Source of the DNA: Planctomycetota bacterium
GTDB taxonomy: Bacteria > Planctomycetota > B15-G4
Assembly (NCBI GenBank): GCA_965248575.1
Contig: CBDFJQ010000002.1
Location: 2,880,001 to 2,944,000, forward strand
DNA length: 64,000 bases
Direction of reading: 5' to 3'
Shown: positions 20,782 to 30,145 of the stretch, piece by piece
Numbering within the stretch: the stretch's first letter is position 1
How the letters are laid out: each line of letters starts with the position of its first letter
Position numbers and translations under genes: made by a program
Notes under the pieces: generated by a model
The model's database searches: none
The model's input: the letters and a program-made list of their open reading frames with translations, nothing else
Told to the model about the DNA's origin: nothing

Positions 20782-21564
20782 TCAGTTGCCGGTGAACTTG
20801 GCGGGGCGCTTCTCGAGGAAAGCGCCCATGCCCTCCTTGAGGTCAGTGGTCGCCGCCAGCAGGCCGAAGAAGGTGGCCTCATAGTTGAGCCCGTCCTTGA
20901 GCGGCATCTCGGTGCCGTGGTTCACGGCGTCGAGGGCGAAGCGCACGGCCACGGGGCCCGAACGCATGATGCCGCGCACCATCTTCTCGGTGCGCTCCAT
21001 GAGCTCGGCCTGGGGGTAGACCTTGTTCACCAAGCCGATGCGATACGCCTCGGCGGCGTCGATGGGCTTGGCCGTGAGGATCAGCTCCATGGCCCGCCCC
21101 TTGCCGACGATGCGCGGCAAACGCTGGGTACCGCCGTAACCCGGGATGATGCCCAAGGTCACTTCGGGCAAGCCGATCAGTGCGTTGTCGGAGGCGATGC
21201 GCAGGTGGCAGGCCAAGGCCAGTTCGCAGCCACCGCCCAGGGCGAAGCCGTTCACCGCAGCCACCACGGGCTTGGGCGTGGACTCAATCGTGTCCATGAG
21301 CTGCTGGCCCTTCATGGCCAGAGGGCGCGCGGTGATGGATGTCTGGTGCACCAGCTCGCTGATGTCCGCACCCGCCACGAAGGCCTTCTCGCCCGTGCCG
21401 CTCAGGATGACCGCTGCCACGGAGTCGTCGTCGCCCACCGCATCAAAGGCGTGCTGCAGCTCGCCGATGGTCTGGTCGTTGAGGGCGTTGAGCTTGTCGG
21501 GTCGGTTCACCGTGATGAAGGCGATGCCGTCCCGGTCGTCTCGGAGGATGTTCTCGTAGGTCAC
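20782..21564 (-). CDS. Enoyl-CoA hydratase (crotonase)
   Basis: AFVAGADI, GGGCELALAC, PEVTLGIIPGYGGTQRL. Confidence 0.95.
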   Translation of the reverse strand: MTYENILRDDRDGIAFITVNRPDKLNALNDQTIGELQHAFDAVGDDDSVAAVILSGTGEKAFVAGADISELVHQTSITARPLAMKGQQLMDTIESTPKPVVAAVNGFALGGGCELALACHLRIASDNALIGLPEVTLGIIPGYGGTQRLPRIVGKGRAMELILTAKPIDAAEAYRIGLVNKVYPQAELMERTEKMVRGIMRSGPVAVRFALDAVNHGTEMPLKDGLNYEATFFGLLAATTDLKEGMGAFLEKRPAKFTGN

Positions 21565-21576
21565 GTCTCTCGACTC

Positions 21577-22581
21577 CTAGTCTTTGTTCTTGGACCGCGT
21601 CGTCTTCTTTGGTGCGGCCTTGCGCGTGGTCTTCTTGGTGGTCGCCTTGGCCGCCGCCTTCTTGGCGCGGGGCTTGGGCTTGTCGCCGTCGTCAGCCTTG
21701 GTAGCCGCCTTCGGTTTCGGGGCAGCCTTGCGGGTCGTCTTCTTGGCGGCGGCCTTCTTGCGAGCGGGCTTGGCCTCCGTCTCAGGGGCATCGGATGCGC
21801 TTGCGCCGTCACCGGCACCCGCGGAGTCATCGCCTTGGAAAGGCAACTCGCTCTGGGGCTTGTTCTCGGCATCCTGCGCCTGTGCAGGCGCCGGCGAATC
21901 GCCGTTGTTCCGGTTGTCGTTGCGGTTGTCTCCGCCCCGGCCGCGCCCGCGGCCCCGGCCACGACTGCGCCCCCTGTTGCCGCCGCCACCCTGCTCGCCA
22001 TCCCCACCGCCGTCCGCACTTCCGCCCCCCTGGCCCGACGGGGCGTTGGGCTGCGGCTCGGGTGTCGGCTCCGGCTCAGGGAACTCCACGCCTTCCACCA
22101 TCACGGTGTTGATGTACACGGTCGAGCGCGGAACGCTGATTTCCTTGTAGCGAGTCTCCATGTTCACGGGGACTTCGGAGATCTTGTCGACGATCTCCTC
22201 GCCCTCCACCACCCGCGCGAAGGCGGAGTAGCGGCTGTCGAGGTAACGCGCATCCTTCTGGCAGATGAAGAACTGGCTGCCGGCGCTGTGCGGGTCGTTG
22301 CTGCGAGCCATGGAGACGACGCCGCGCACGTGGGGCGTGTCGTTGAACTCCGGACGGATCGTGTAACCCGGGTTGCCGCTGCCGTTCCCCTTGGGGCAAC
22401 CACCCTGGATCATGAAGCCCTTGAGGACCCGGTGGAACGTCAGGCCGTCGTAGAAGCCCTTGTTGGCGAGCTTCACGAAGTTCTCAGCCGTGTTCGGCGC
22501 CTTGTCCGTGAGGAACTCCAAGACGATGTCGCCCATGGAGGTCCGGATCGTCGCCCGACTGTCGCTGTTGATGGTGACCAT
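21577..22581 (-). CDS. Cyclophilin PPIase with long disordered RG-rich and Lys/Ala-rich tail
   Basis: FHRVLKGFMIQGG, SMAR, SAGSQFFI; low-complexity C-terminal half. Confidence 0.9.
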   Translation of the reverse strand: MVTINSDSRATIRTSMGDIVLEFLTDKAPNTAENFVKLANKGFYDGLTFHRVLKGFMIQGGCPKGNGSGNPGYTIRPEFNDTPHVRGVVSMARSNDPHSAGSQFFICQKDARYLDSRYSAFARVVEGEEIVDKISEVPVNMETRYKEISVPRSTVYINTVMVEGVEFPEPEPTPEPQPNAPSGQGGGSADGGGDGEQGGGGNRGRSRGRGRGRGRGGDNRNDNRNNGDSPAPAQAQDAENKPQSELPFQGDDSAGAGDGASASDAPETEAKPARKKAAAKKTTRKAAPKPKAATKADDGDKPKPRAKKAAAKATTKKTTRKAAPKKTTRSKNKD

Positions 22582-22652
22582 TGCGCTCCTTGCGCCTTAC
22601 TCGCGATTGCATGCCTCGCGCATGCTCGTTGCCTTCCGGGGAAGCCCCCAGC

Positions 22653-24017
22653 TCAGCGCACCGGATTTCCGGCGATCATGCTCTTCTCGTTGTCGCCCTG
22701 CAGCCAAGGCCGCAACACGATCTGTTGAATCTGAATCGGCTTCGAGGGCTTGCCGCTGTCCGTTGCCGCAGCCTCGATGGCGGCCAAGGTCGCCTCGCCC
22801 CGAATCACCCGCCCGAACACGGTCTGCTTGCCATCCAACTCCGGCCGGTCGTCCAGGCAGATGAAGAACTGGCTGCCGGCTGAGTCGGGGTGGGCGAAGC
22901 GCGCCATGGAAAGGGTGCCACGGCGGTGCCGCCGCTCGTTGAACTCATTGTCGATCTGCCAGCCGGGGCCGCCCAGGCCGTTGCCCTGGGGGCAGCCGCC
23001 CTGCGCCACATAGCCCGGCAGGATCCTGTGGAAGCCCAGGCCGTTGTAGAAGCCCTGGCCAACCAGGCGCTTGAAGTTCTGGACGTGGTTGGGCGCCACC
23101 TCGGGGAAGAACTGCAGCAGGAGCACACCCACGTTCGTGCTGACCTCTGCGATCTCGCCCATCGCTTCCGCCGAGACCTCGTCCTGCGCTTCGGAGCGGA
23201 GCTTGGCTCGGGCCAACGCCTTCGCCTGCTTCCCTGGACTTCCTGAGGCAGTGGCGGGCGCAGCGCCCTGCAACGTGCCGGCGGTCTTGGTCTTGGAAGG
23301 CTTTGTCGCCAGTTGCGACTGCAAGGCGGTCTCCACCACCTCGACCCGCTTCACCAAGCCGGCCACCTGGCTCACGAGATCGTCGGAGCGACGCTCCAGC
23401 GCATTCTGGGTGCCCAAAGCCACCGCGGTCTGGAACTGCTGCAGTTCGCCTTCGAGCGAACGCAGCACGGCGTGCTGTGCAGAGCCTTCAGCGGAGGCGG
23501 CCGCGACGACGTCGAGCTCAAGCAAGGGGCGCAGCGCGTCCCCGGCCCGGCGCCCGAAGTCGGCGACGCCCCGTTGCTCCCGACGCAAGTCCGTGAGCAG
23601 GGCTTCCGAGTGCTGGTTGAGCAGGCCCGCCTCAACCTCAAGCCGTTCCAGCTCCGTCAGAGCGGCCTCTCCGAGCTTCGCCTGTTCGACCACGGTGCGC
23701 AGCTGGCCCAGGCGTGCAAACACATTGGCAGCATGGTTGCGCGACGAGTCGTAAGCCGCTTCCACTCCTGCCAAGGAAAGCCGCGACTTGGACAGGGACG
23801 TGTCCAAGCGCGCTTGAAGAGCCGTGGCCACATCGGCCACGGAGTCGGCAGCCGCCTCGCCCCCGGCCGAGCCGGCACGGGAATCCTTACTCGCAGCCTC
23901 TCCCGCAAGCTCCGTCTGCAGCCCCTCGGACAAGACGGGATCCTGTGCGGGCGGCGTCGACGTGCACGCCACACCCGCAAGAACCACCATCGCCCAGAGA
24001 GGCCACACTCGGATCAT
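22653..24017 (-). CDS. Lipoprotein with coiled-coil N-terminus and C-terminal cyclophilin PPIase domain
   Basis: Lipobox-like GVAC; FHRILPGYVAQGG, SAGSQFFI, VFGRV; ATGA overlap with the upstream gene. Confidence 0.85.
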   Translation of the reverse strand: MIRVWPLWAMVVLAGVACTSTPPAQDPVLSEGLQTELAGEAASKDSRAGSAGGEAAADSVADVATALQARLDTSLSKSRLSLAGVEAAYDSSRNHAANVFARLGQLRTVVEQAKLGEAALTELERLEVEAGLLNQHSEALLTDLRREQRGVADFGRRAGDALRPLLELDVVAAASAEGSAQHAVLRSLEGELQQFQTAVALGTQNALERRSDDLVSQVAGLVKRVEVVETALQSQLATKPSKTKTAGTLQGAAPATASGSPGKQAKALARAKLRSEAQDEVSAEAMGEIAEVSTNVGVLLLQFFPEVAPNHVQNFKRLVGQGFYNGLGFHRILPGYVAQGGCPQGNGLGGPGWQIDNEFNERRHRRGTLSMARFAHPDSAGSQFFICLDDRPELDGKQTVFGRVIRGEATLAAIEAAATDSGKPSKPIQIQQIVLRPWLQGDNEKSMIAGNPVR

Positions 24018-24883
24018 GCGCGCTTGTCCCCATCCCACTTGAAGAAGCCTTCGCCGGACTTCCGGCCCAGCTTCCCTGCGGCGACCTTGTCCTTGAGGAT
24101 CTGCGGTGGCACGAAGGTGGGATCCTCGGGGAAGCGCTCATGCCAGCCCTCGAGAATGGACAGCGTGGTGTCGAGACCCACGTAGTCGGTGAGGGTGAAC
24201 GGGCCCATGGGATAGCCGCAGCCGAGGGACATGCCCGCGTCCACGTCGGCCGGGGTCGAATCGCCACGCTCCACCATGCGCATGGCATCCGCCATGTAAG
24301 GCACGAGCAGGCGGTTGACCACGAAGCCGGGGGTGTCGCTAGCGGCCACGGAAACCTTGCCCACAGCCTTTCCGAAGGCCTTGGCCTCTTCGAAGACAGC
24401 GGGGTCGGTGGCCGGGGTGTTCACCACTTCCACGAGCTTCATGAGCTGCACGGGGTTGAAGAAGTGCAGGCCCACCATCTTGTCGGGGCGGCCGGAGGCG
24501 GCACCCATCGTGGCCACGGGAAAGGACGAGGTGTTGCTGGCGAGGATGGTCTCGGGCTTGCAGAGCTTGCCCAGGGACGCGTACAGCTCGCTCTTGATGT
24601 CCAGGTCCTCGATGATGGCCTCGACCACGATGTCGCAGTCGGCCAGGTCGCTCAGCTCGAGGGTGCCGTTCAGGCGCGCCTTGGCACCGTCGGCATCTTC
24701 CTGGGTGAGCTTCTCCTTCTCCACGAGCTTGGCGAGGCTCTTGGCGATGCGGCCCAAGCCCTTGTCGAGCGCGCCTTGGGCGGACTCCCGGACGATGACC
24801 TCAAAGCCCGCCTGGGCTGCAACCTGGGCAATACCGTGCCCCATGAGACCGCAACCGACGACGCCTACCTTCTGGATGGCCAT
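24014..24883 (-). CDS. hbd: 3-hydroxyacyl-CoA (3-hydroxybutyryl-CoA) dehydrogenase
   Basis: GCGLMGHGIAQ, SNTSS, GLHFFNPV, PGFVVNRLL, YPMGP. Confidence 0.9.
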   Translation of the reverse strand: MAIQKVGVVGCGLMGHGIAQVAAQAGFEVIVRESAQGALDKGLGRIAKSLAKLVEKEKLTQEDADGAKARLNGTLELSDLADCDIVVEAIIEDLDIKSELYASLGKLCKPETILASNTSSFPVATMGAASGRPDKMVGLHFFNPVQLMKLVEVVNTPATDPAVFEEAKAFGKAVGKVSVAASDTPGFVVNRLLVPYMADAMRMVERGDSTPADVDAGMSLGCGYPMGPFTLTDYVGLDTTLSILEGWHERFPEDPTFVPPQILKDKVAAGKLGRKSGEGFFKWDGDKRA

Positions 24884-25151
24884 GGACCAGTGTTCTCCTG
24901 TTCTTGTGTACGGGATGAAACCGAGGGTGCTGCGCTTGCGAGGCGAGCCTCGCCCGCCTTTGCCCGCTGAACCGGGCCCGAGAGGGGTACCGGCGGTCAT
25001 CGGGTTGGTCGGGGGACGCCAAGGCTCTTGCGAGCCGTCCTGCGCTGCTGATCCCCCCTTGGAGGGGGCCCCCGAAGCGACCTTTTCAACCGGTCTTTCC
25101 AGCCGAAAAGGCGCCACAGTATGGGATTCGGAGGGGTTCCACGCAACCGTA

Positions 25152-25232
25152 GGGGGCTGGGGGAATCCGGGGGGCTGGGGGAATCCGGGGGGCTGGGTGG
25201 GGAATCTGGAGGGGTCGGAGGGCGTGGGCTGG
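25152..25232 (+). repeat. G-rich tandem repeat (GGGGGCTGGGGGAATCCG x2 plus degenerate copies); G-quadruplex-prone
   Basis: Read directly; many runs of three or more G. Confidence 0.65.
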
Positions 25233-25940
25233 ATGGGCGGGTTGTGCTCGAAATGGGCGTTAGGGACCGGATTCCGCGACTAGGCGACGGATCAGCCCCG
25301 CCGTCTGGAAGCGGACCTCCAAGTAGGCGCTTGGGCGAAGGCCAGCGCTGCCCTCTCACCGGTGGTTCGTCCGGTGGTTCGTCCGGCGCGAGCAGCTTGC
25401 CGTGGAGGAGGGCGGGCTCCGCAAGCGCCGAACCCTCGGGGTTCGACTCGGGCGCTACCAGCAGCTCAAGCGGAGCTGGCGGCGGCTCAGTGGATGCAGA
25501 GGGAACTCCACAGCCCGCCCACTGGAGGGTGCAGCGCAGAAGCTGGATCAGCGGAGCAGGCTTCGTTGCCAGTCCATCTCGCCGCAGGACCGGATGAGCC
25601 CCACGTTGCTGGTCATGAGAACGCGGGCTCGGAAGGATGATCCGGGTCCGCCTAACGCCGCGATCCACGGTCCGCAATTCCAAGCTGGTACGGCCAACGC
25701 CCATCGACCTAACAGTCGGAAACTTAACGGACTGCTTGGATAGACGGACCCGCCTATTCGAGCTACCCTCGATCCTCGAAGACGGGAAACCGGCAAGGTC
25801 CGGGCCAGTTCAGGGAGAAGAAGCCGCACATGCGAAACCGGGGCGACGAATTTCGGAGCGCACGCAGCGTACGCTGGCTCTTCGGGCAGAATCTACCGGC
25901 AGACTCGCTGTCCAATTGTAGTTAGAGAGATCCAGAGACA

Positions 25941-26495
25941 ATGACGCCGAGCGAGTTTGATTGCATCGTCGAGGTGGCAGGCTTGGCCGAGACGGTTCTG
26001 ACTTGCGTCGCGATTATTCTCGGCGGCTGTTGGGCTGTTTTTCGCTTCCTGCGATACCGTCAAGCTATCCCTCGAGCCCAGATTGCCCTTACGTGCCAGG
26101 CGGCTTCCATGCGTCCTGGAAGCCGCCTACTTCATGTGGCCTTAGAGGTGGCAAACATCGGAGAGGTGTTGGTTGCGATCACGCATGTGGACTTACGCGT
26201 CCGGCAGGTATCGCCCCCACCGACAGGTGTTGCCGAGAAGCTAAATGCCGTCAATGAAGCGAACTCCGGAGAGGAGGTAGATTGCCCGTGGGATCTAATC
26301 GACTCCCGTGAGTGGAATGAGGAATGCATGCAGCTAGAGCCATCGGAGTCAGATCGATTGCACGCGGACTTCCTTATCGATAGCGAAGTGCAAGTGATCC
26401 AGCTGTATGCCCATGTACACAATCCAATAGAATCGAAACCCGGCTACGGTTGGACTAGGACAGAGCTTATTACGCTGGAGCAAATGAGTACATGA
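25941..26495 (+). CDS. Cassette 1 ORF: unknown protein with N-terminal TM helix
   Basis: ATG 20 nt after the GTTAGAG core site; hydrophobic N-terminus. Confidence 0.7.
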   Translation: MTPSEFDCIVEVAGLAETVLTCVAIILGGCWAVFRFLRYRQAIPRAQIALTCQAASMRPGSRLLHVALEVANIGEVLVAITHVDLRVRQVSPPPTGVAEKLNAVNEANSGEEVDCPWDLIDSREWNEECMQLEPSESDRLHADFLIDSEVQVIQLYAHVHNPIESKPGYGWTRTELITLEQMST

Positions 26496-26653
26496 ACACA
26501 CACCAAGAGAAGAATGATGGAGACGGGAAGGGCGATAGGCGTCTTCATGAGCAACAACGCCAGCAAAAACCTCAGAAGCCACAGCAGCGCAGGGAGAAGC
26601 CCCAAAAAAAGCCCGCCAAACCAGCGAAGCCTACCCCGAAACAGGGAACGTGA
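26492..26653 (+). CDS. Cassette 1 small basic Gln/Lys/Pro-rich peptide (53 aa)
   Basis: ATGA overlap with the preceding ORF; stops just before the attC. MNTHQEKNDGDGKGDRRLHEQQRQQKPQKPQQRREKPQKKPAKPAKPTPKQGT. Confidence 0.4.
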   Translation: MNTHQEKNDGDGKGDRRLHEQQRQQKPQKPQQRREKPQKKPAKPAKPTPKQGT

Positions 26654-26670
26654 GTTGGCTAGCGATGACT

Positions 26671-26734
26671 CTCTAACAACCAGTTGCAGGCTGACCGCGC
26701 TGCGCGCGGCAGCTGAACTGGCGGTCCGTTATGC
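26671..26734 (+). other. attC site (intact)
   Basis: CTCTAAC...GTTATGC; arms CCAGTTgCAGgCTGaCCGCGC / GCGCGGCAGCTGAACTGG with three unpaired bases. Confidence 0.85.
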
Positions 26735-26822
26735 GGCTTACGCGAGCGCCCAGTGGTCCCATGAAACCGGTCCTCCAAGGGCGCATGGGTGAGCCATTGG
26801 GCTAGCCGACGGAGAGCAGCAC

Positions 26823-29003
26823 ATGAAGACCGTCATCCGAATGTACGACGTCGCGAGTTTCAAGACCGAGGCGAATTTATCGAGCGACAAGCCCGTAACT
26901 CTTGTGTACGGACTGAACGGAACGGGCAAAAGCACGATCTCCAATTTTCTGTACGACACCACCGACCCAGACTACGCAAGCTGCTCGGCGACGATCGATC
27001 CTTCCGCAAAGGTTCTCGTCTATAACCAGCGGTTCGTGAGAGAGTACTTTCATGAAGCCGATAGCCTGAAGGGGATTTTCGGCCTTTCGAAAGAGAACAA
27101 GGAAGCCGATCAGAAGATTGGTAGTGCCGAGGCAGATCTAGCCGGTCTCTCCAAGACGCTTGAAGATACGGAGAGCAAGATTGAATCCGAGAAAGCATCA
27201 CGGAAGCGGCAGGCGGAAAAGGCATACGAAAGGGTGTGGGAGATAAAAAAGGAGTACTCAGGAGGGGATCGAGTACTCGAATACTGCCTGAAGGGATTGA
27301 TGGGAAAGAAGGAGATGCTCTTCAAGCACCTTTCGTCAGTTGAAAAGCCCGACGTGAAGCCAGGCAAAGATATCGCTCAGATCAAGAAAGAGGTGGAATC
27401 GATCAGTGGCGACTCGGCGACGAAGGAAAGCCACCTTCCATTGATCTCTTTCGACGGCACGCTCCTCGAGCAAGATGAAGTATTCGCCGCAACCATCGTC
27501 GGGAACGACGATAGCCCCGTCGCCGGGCTCATTCAGGAACTCCAGAATTCCGACTGGGTGCGAACAGGTATCGAACAATATGTCGTGGAGCCCGAGGCTG
27601 GCGGTATTTCGGCGTGTCCATTCTGCCAAGAGCAGACACTGACGAGCACACTCATCGAGAGGGTCCGCAGCTATTTCGACGAGTCCTTCACGAAGGCAGT
27701 CAACCGAATAGCGTCGCTACGGTCACAGTATGCGGTTGCCATCGATCAACTTCCCGCAGTCGATACCTACGACTCGCACTCATTCGCATCCGAGAAGCTA
27801 GCTGAGTTGCGGTTGGCGATTCAGAATCTCGCAACCGTCGCTAAGGGGAATCTGAGGCTGATCGACAAGAAACGTGAGGCCCTGGGTTCGCCTGTATCAC
27901 TCGTGATTACTCAGGCCCCAGTGCAAGAACTCAACGCATTGATTGCCTCAGTAAACGTTGAGATTGAACGACACAACGACAGAATCGCAAATCGAGCCGC
28001 GGAACTCACCCGTCTGAAGGATGAATTCTGGTCGCTCATGCGTTGGGAGTACGATCAAACTATTTCAACTTGGCAAGGTGAGGACGCGGCCTTCGGTGAA
28101 AGTCTCAAGGTCGAGAGTGACAGCTTCAATCAGTCGGCCACGGCGATCACCGAGAAACGCAAGTTGATCTCAGATCTCCAGAAGACAACAGTCAATATCG
28201 ATGCAGCCATCGAAAGCATTAACGAGTCGCTGGGTCAACTCGGCATAGGTGACTTTTCCATCAAGAAGCACAGCGACTTACACTACCGCATCGTCCGGCC
28301 GGGAGACTCCGAGGCGTCATTCAAATCTCTTAGTGAAGGCGAGAAGATGATCATCAGCTTCTTGTACTTCTGCGAAGTTTGTAAAGGCAAGCAAAGCGCC
28401 GACGAAACGACCCAGCGGAAGATCGTCGTGATCGACGACCCAATATCCAGCCTGTCCCATGTTTTCGTCTTCAACATCAGTCAACTACTGAAGAATGATT
28501 TCTTCTCTTCTAAGCAGTTTGATCAGGTCTTCGTACTCACCCATAGCCTCTACTTCTTCTATGAACTTGCAGACACAAATCATGATCGCCGAGCAAAGAA
28601 CCAGAGGTTCTTCAGGCTAACCAAGAGTGAGGCAGGCAGCCGAATAGCCGATATGAAGTACGAAGAGATTCAAAACGACTACCATTCGTACTGGTCTGTG
28701 GTGCTCAACAAGGATCAGTATCCCGCAATGGTGGCAAACTGCATGCGGAACATCGTCGAGTACTTCTTTGGGTTCGTGAAGAAAGACTCGTTGAACAACG
28801 TCTTTCAACACCCGAAGCTCAAGGGGAATCGGTACCAGGCTTTCTGTCGATACATGGACCGTGAATCGCACTCATCCGGCCAAAACCTGTTCGACTTCAA
28901 GGAATTCGACTACGAGGCATTTCGCGAAGGACTGAAGCTGCTGTTCTACGCTGCTGACTATCCCGAGCACTACGACAAGATGGAGAAGTCAATCACTGGA
29001 TAG
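26823..29003 (+). CDS. RloC-like AAA_13/SMC-type ATPase with zinc hook and HEPN RNase domain (cassette 2)
   Basis: Walker A GLNGTGKS; CPFC hook; LSEGE signature; VVIDDP; VLTHS; C-terminal NCMRNIVE...RYMDRESH. Confidence 0.8.
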   Translation: MKTVIRMYDVASFKTEANLSSDKPVTLVYGLNGTGKSTISNFLYDTTDPDYASCSATIDPSAKVLVYNQRFVREYFHEADSLKGIFGLSKENKEADQKIGSAEADLAGLSKTLEDTESKIESEKASRKRQAEKAYERVWEIKKEYSGGDRVLEYCLKGLMGKKEMLFKHLSSVEKPDVKPGKDIAQIKKEVESISGDSATKESHLPLISFDGTLLEQDEVFAATIVGNDDSPVAGLIQELQNSDWVRTGIEQYVVEPEAGGISACPFCQEQTLTSTLIERVRSYFDESFTKAVNRIASLRSQYAVAIDQLPAVDTYDSHSFASEKLAELRLAIQNLATVAKGNLRLIDKKREALGSPVSLVITQAPVQELNALIASVNVEIERHNDRIANRAAELTRLKDEFWSLMRWEYDQTISTWQGEDAAFGESLKVESDSFNQSATAITEKRKLISDLQKTTVNIDAAIESINESLGQLGIGDFSIKKHSDLHYRIVRPGDSEASFKSLSEGEKMIISFLYFCEVCKGKQSADETTQRKIVVIDDPISSLSHVFVFNISQLLKNDFFSSKQFDQVFVLTHSLYFFYELADTNHDRRAKNQRFFRLTKSEAGSRIADMKYEEIQNDYHSYWSVVLNKDQYPAMVANCMRNIVEYFFGFVKKDSLNNVFQHPKLKGNRYQAFCRYMDRESHSSGQNLFDFKEFDYEAFREGLKLLFYAADYPEHYDKMEKSITG

Positions 29004-29084
29004 GTGGCTCCGTTCTCAGCGATGAACAGGCGAGCCTGAGCCCGTCCCTGGCCAACCGTGGTTCCGGGCCGAGATGCAGGCGCC

Positions 29085-29215
29085 GCATAACAAGCCGATG
29101 CAGCGGACGTGGCGGCGCTGTGCCGATATCGCCCCTGGTAAAATCGCGAAGTCCCAGGCGTCCAGCACCCGTGGTGCAAGGTTGTGCCACGCCGCTGAAG
29201 GTCGATCCGTTAGAC
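29085..29215 (+). other. attC site (intact, long)
   Basis: GCATAAC...GTTAGAC; arms CAGCGGaCGTGGC / GCCACGCCGCTG. Confidence 0.85.
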
Positions 29216-29731
29216 ATGCCTACGATGCCTATGTCAACACTATCGAAACCTGTCAGCGTCCTTCTCTTCCTATTTTACAGCCTCACGCTGGCCGGAATGT
29301 CGTTCATCGGCTTCGGCCAAGTGATGTCAGGCTATGCAACGATAGGTACAGAGTGGGCTGGCCTTGACGGACTGCACAAATGGATTTCATCCAGCGCCAG
29401 TCCGTTCATGCTAGTGGCAGCCATTGCATGGCTCTGGAGCGAATGGCTGATGGTCAAGCTAGCGTTTCAGCACCGCGGACTACCTGAGCCCAAGCTAAGT
29501 GGGGGATTAGATGATCCATGGATGGACGTGTTCATGCCAATGATGACAATCGGGCTGTATGGAACTGCTGGCGTCTTTCTGCTTGGCCTCTTTTTCGTGC
29601 TCGCCGGCATCGCCAACCTGTTGCTTCCCGAGGTTGTCGCCAGCCTTCTGGGCGGACTAGGCACGTTTGTTTGCACCAGACTGTTTCTAAAGCGTGGGAA
29701 ATCGAATGAGCCGATGCCTAACCAGCCGTAG
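29216..29731 (+). CDS. Cassette 3 ORF: unknown multi-TM membrane protein
   Basis: ATG immediately after GTTAGAC; about four hydrophobic segments; ends within a GCCTAAC half-site region. Confidence 0.65.
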   Translation: MPTMPMSTLSKPVSVLLFLFYSLTLAGMSFIGFGQVMSGYATIGTEWAGLDGLHKWISSSASPFMLVAAIAWLWSEWLMVKLAFQHRGLPEPKLSGGLDDPWMDVFMPMMTIGLYGTAGVFLLGLFFVLAGIANLLLPEVVASLLGGLGTFVCTRLFLKRGKSNEPMPNQP

Positions 29732-29760
29732 TAACGGACGGTCTGCCCGCCGGGTGGATC
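29716..29760 (+). other. Degenerate attC (left half only)
   Basis: ATGCCTAAC matches 8/9 of the complement of the cassette start GTTAGACAT; no right GTT core seen. Confidence 0.4.
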
Positions 29761-29780
29761 ACTGACAGGGGGATTCAATA

Positions 29781-30056
29781 GTGTCCGATAAGCGCGTGTA
29801 CCGCGAGGTTAGAGACTTGCTTAACAAGCTCGGCGGCTCGATGAATTGGCATGCAGGCGGGCCTGGCGGCGGAGTCTGGCACTTGGAGTTGCACGGTCGC
29901 CGTTGCGACGTCGAGTGTCGTTCGAACGCGGTAAACTTTCTTGACGAACTCTACTTGCCGAGCAAATCGAACCCGCAGACGCAGGACGACTACGCCAAAC
30001 CGTACCGCCTGCAGTCCGACGCCTTTTGGCGACTCGTACAGTTTCCGTGGCAATGA
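29781..30056 (+). CDS. Cassette 4 ORF: unknown 91-aa protein
   Basis: GTG after AGGGGG; followed by an attC-like site. Confidence 0.6.
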   Translation: MSDKRVYREVRDLLNKLGGSMNWHAGGPGGGVWHLELHGRRCDVECRSNAVNFLDELYLPSKSNPQTQDDYAKPYRLQSDAFWRLVQFPWQ

Positions 30057-30065
30057 AAGTGGACC

Positions 30066-30129
30066 GCCCAACAAGCCGTAGCGAACATACTCGGCTGCGC
30101 CCGGCCGCTGAACGGCAGGTTCGCTAGAC
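30066..30129 (+). other. Degenerate attC (core GTT mutated to GCT)
   Basis: GCCCAACAAGCCGT...GCCGCTGAACGGCAGGTTCGCTAGAC. Confidence 0.6.
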
Positions 30130-30145
30130 AGTCGACGAAACGTAC

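Noticed and set aside
24997..25829. ORFs spanning the region left of the cassette array, checked as a possible intI
   Set aside because: Low-complexity translations with no tyrosine-recombinase R-H-R-Y motifs.
25650..25927. Several YTAAC motifs (25650, 25708, 25723) as a possible further attC or attI upstream of cassette 1
   Set aside because: I could not establish convincing paired arms; only the GTTAGAG core at 25921 is supported.
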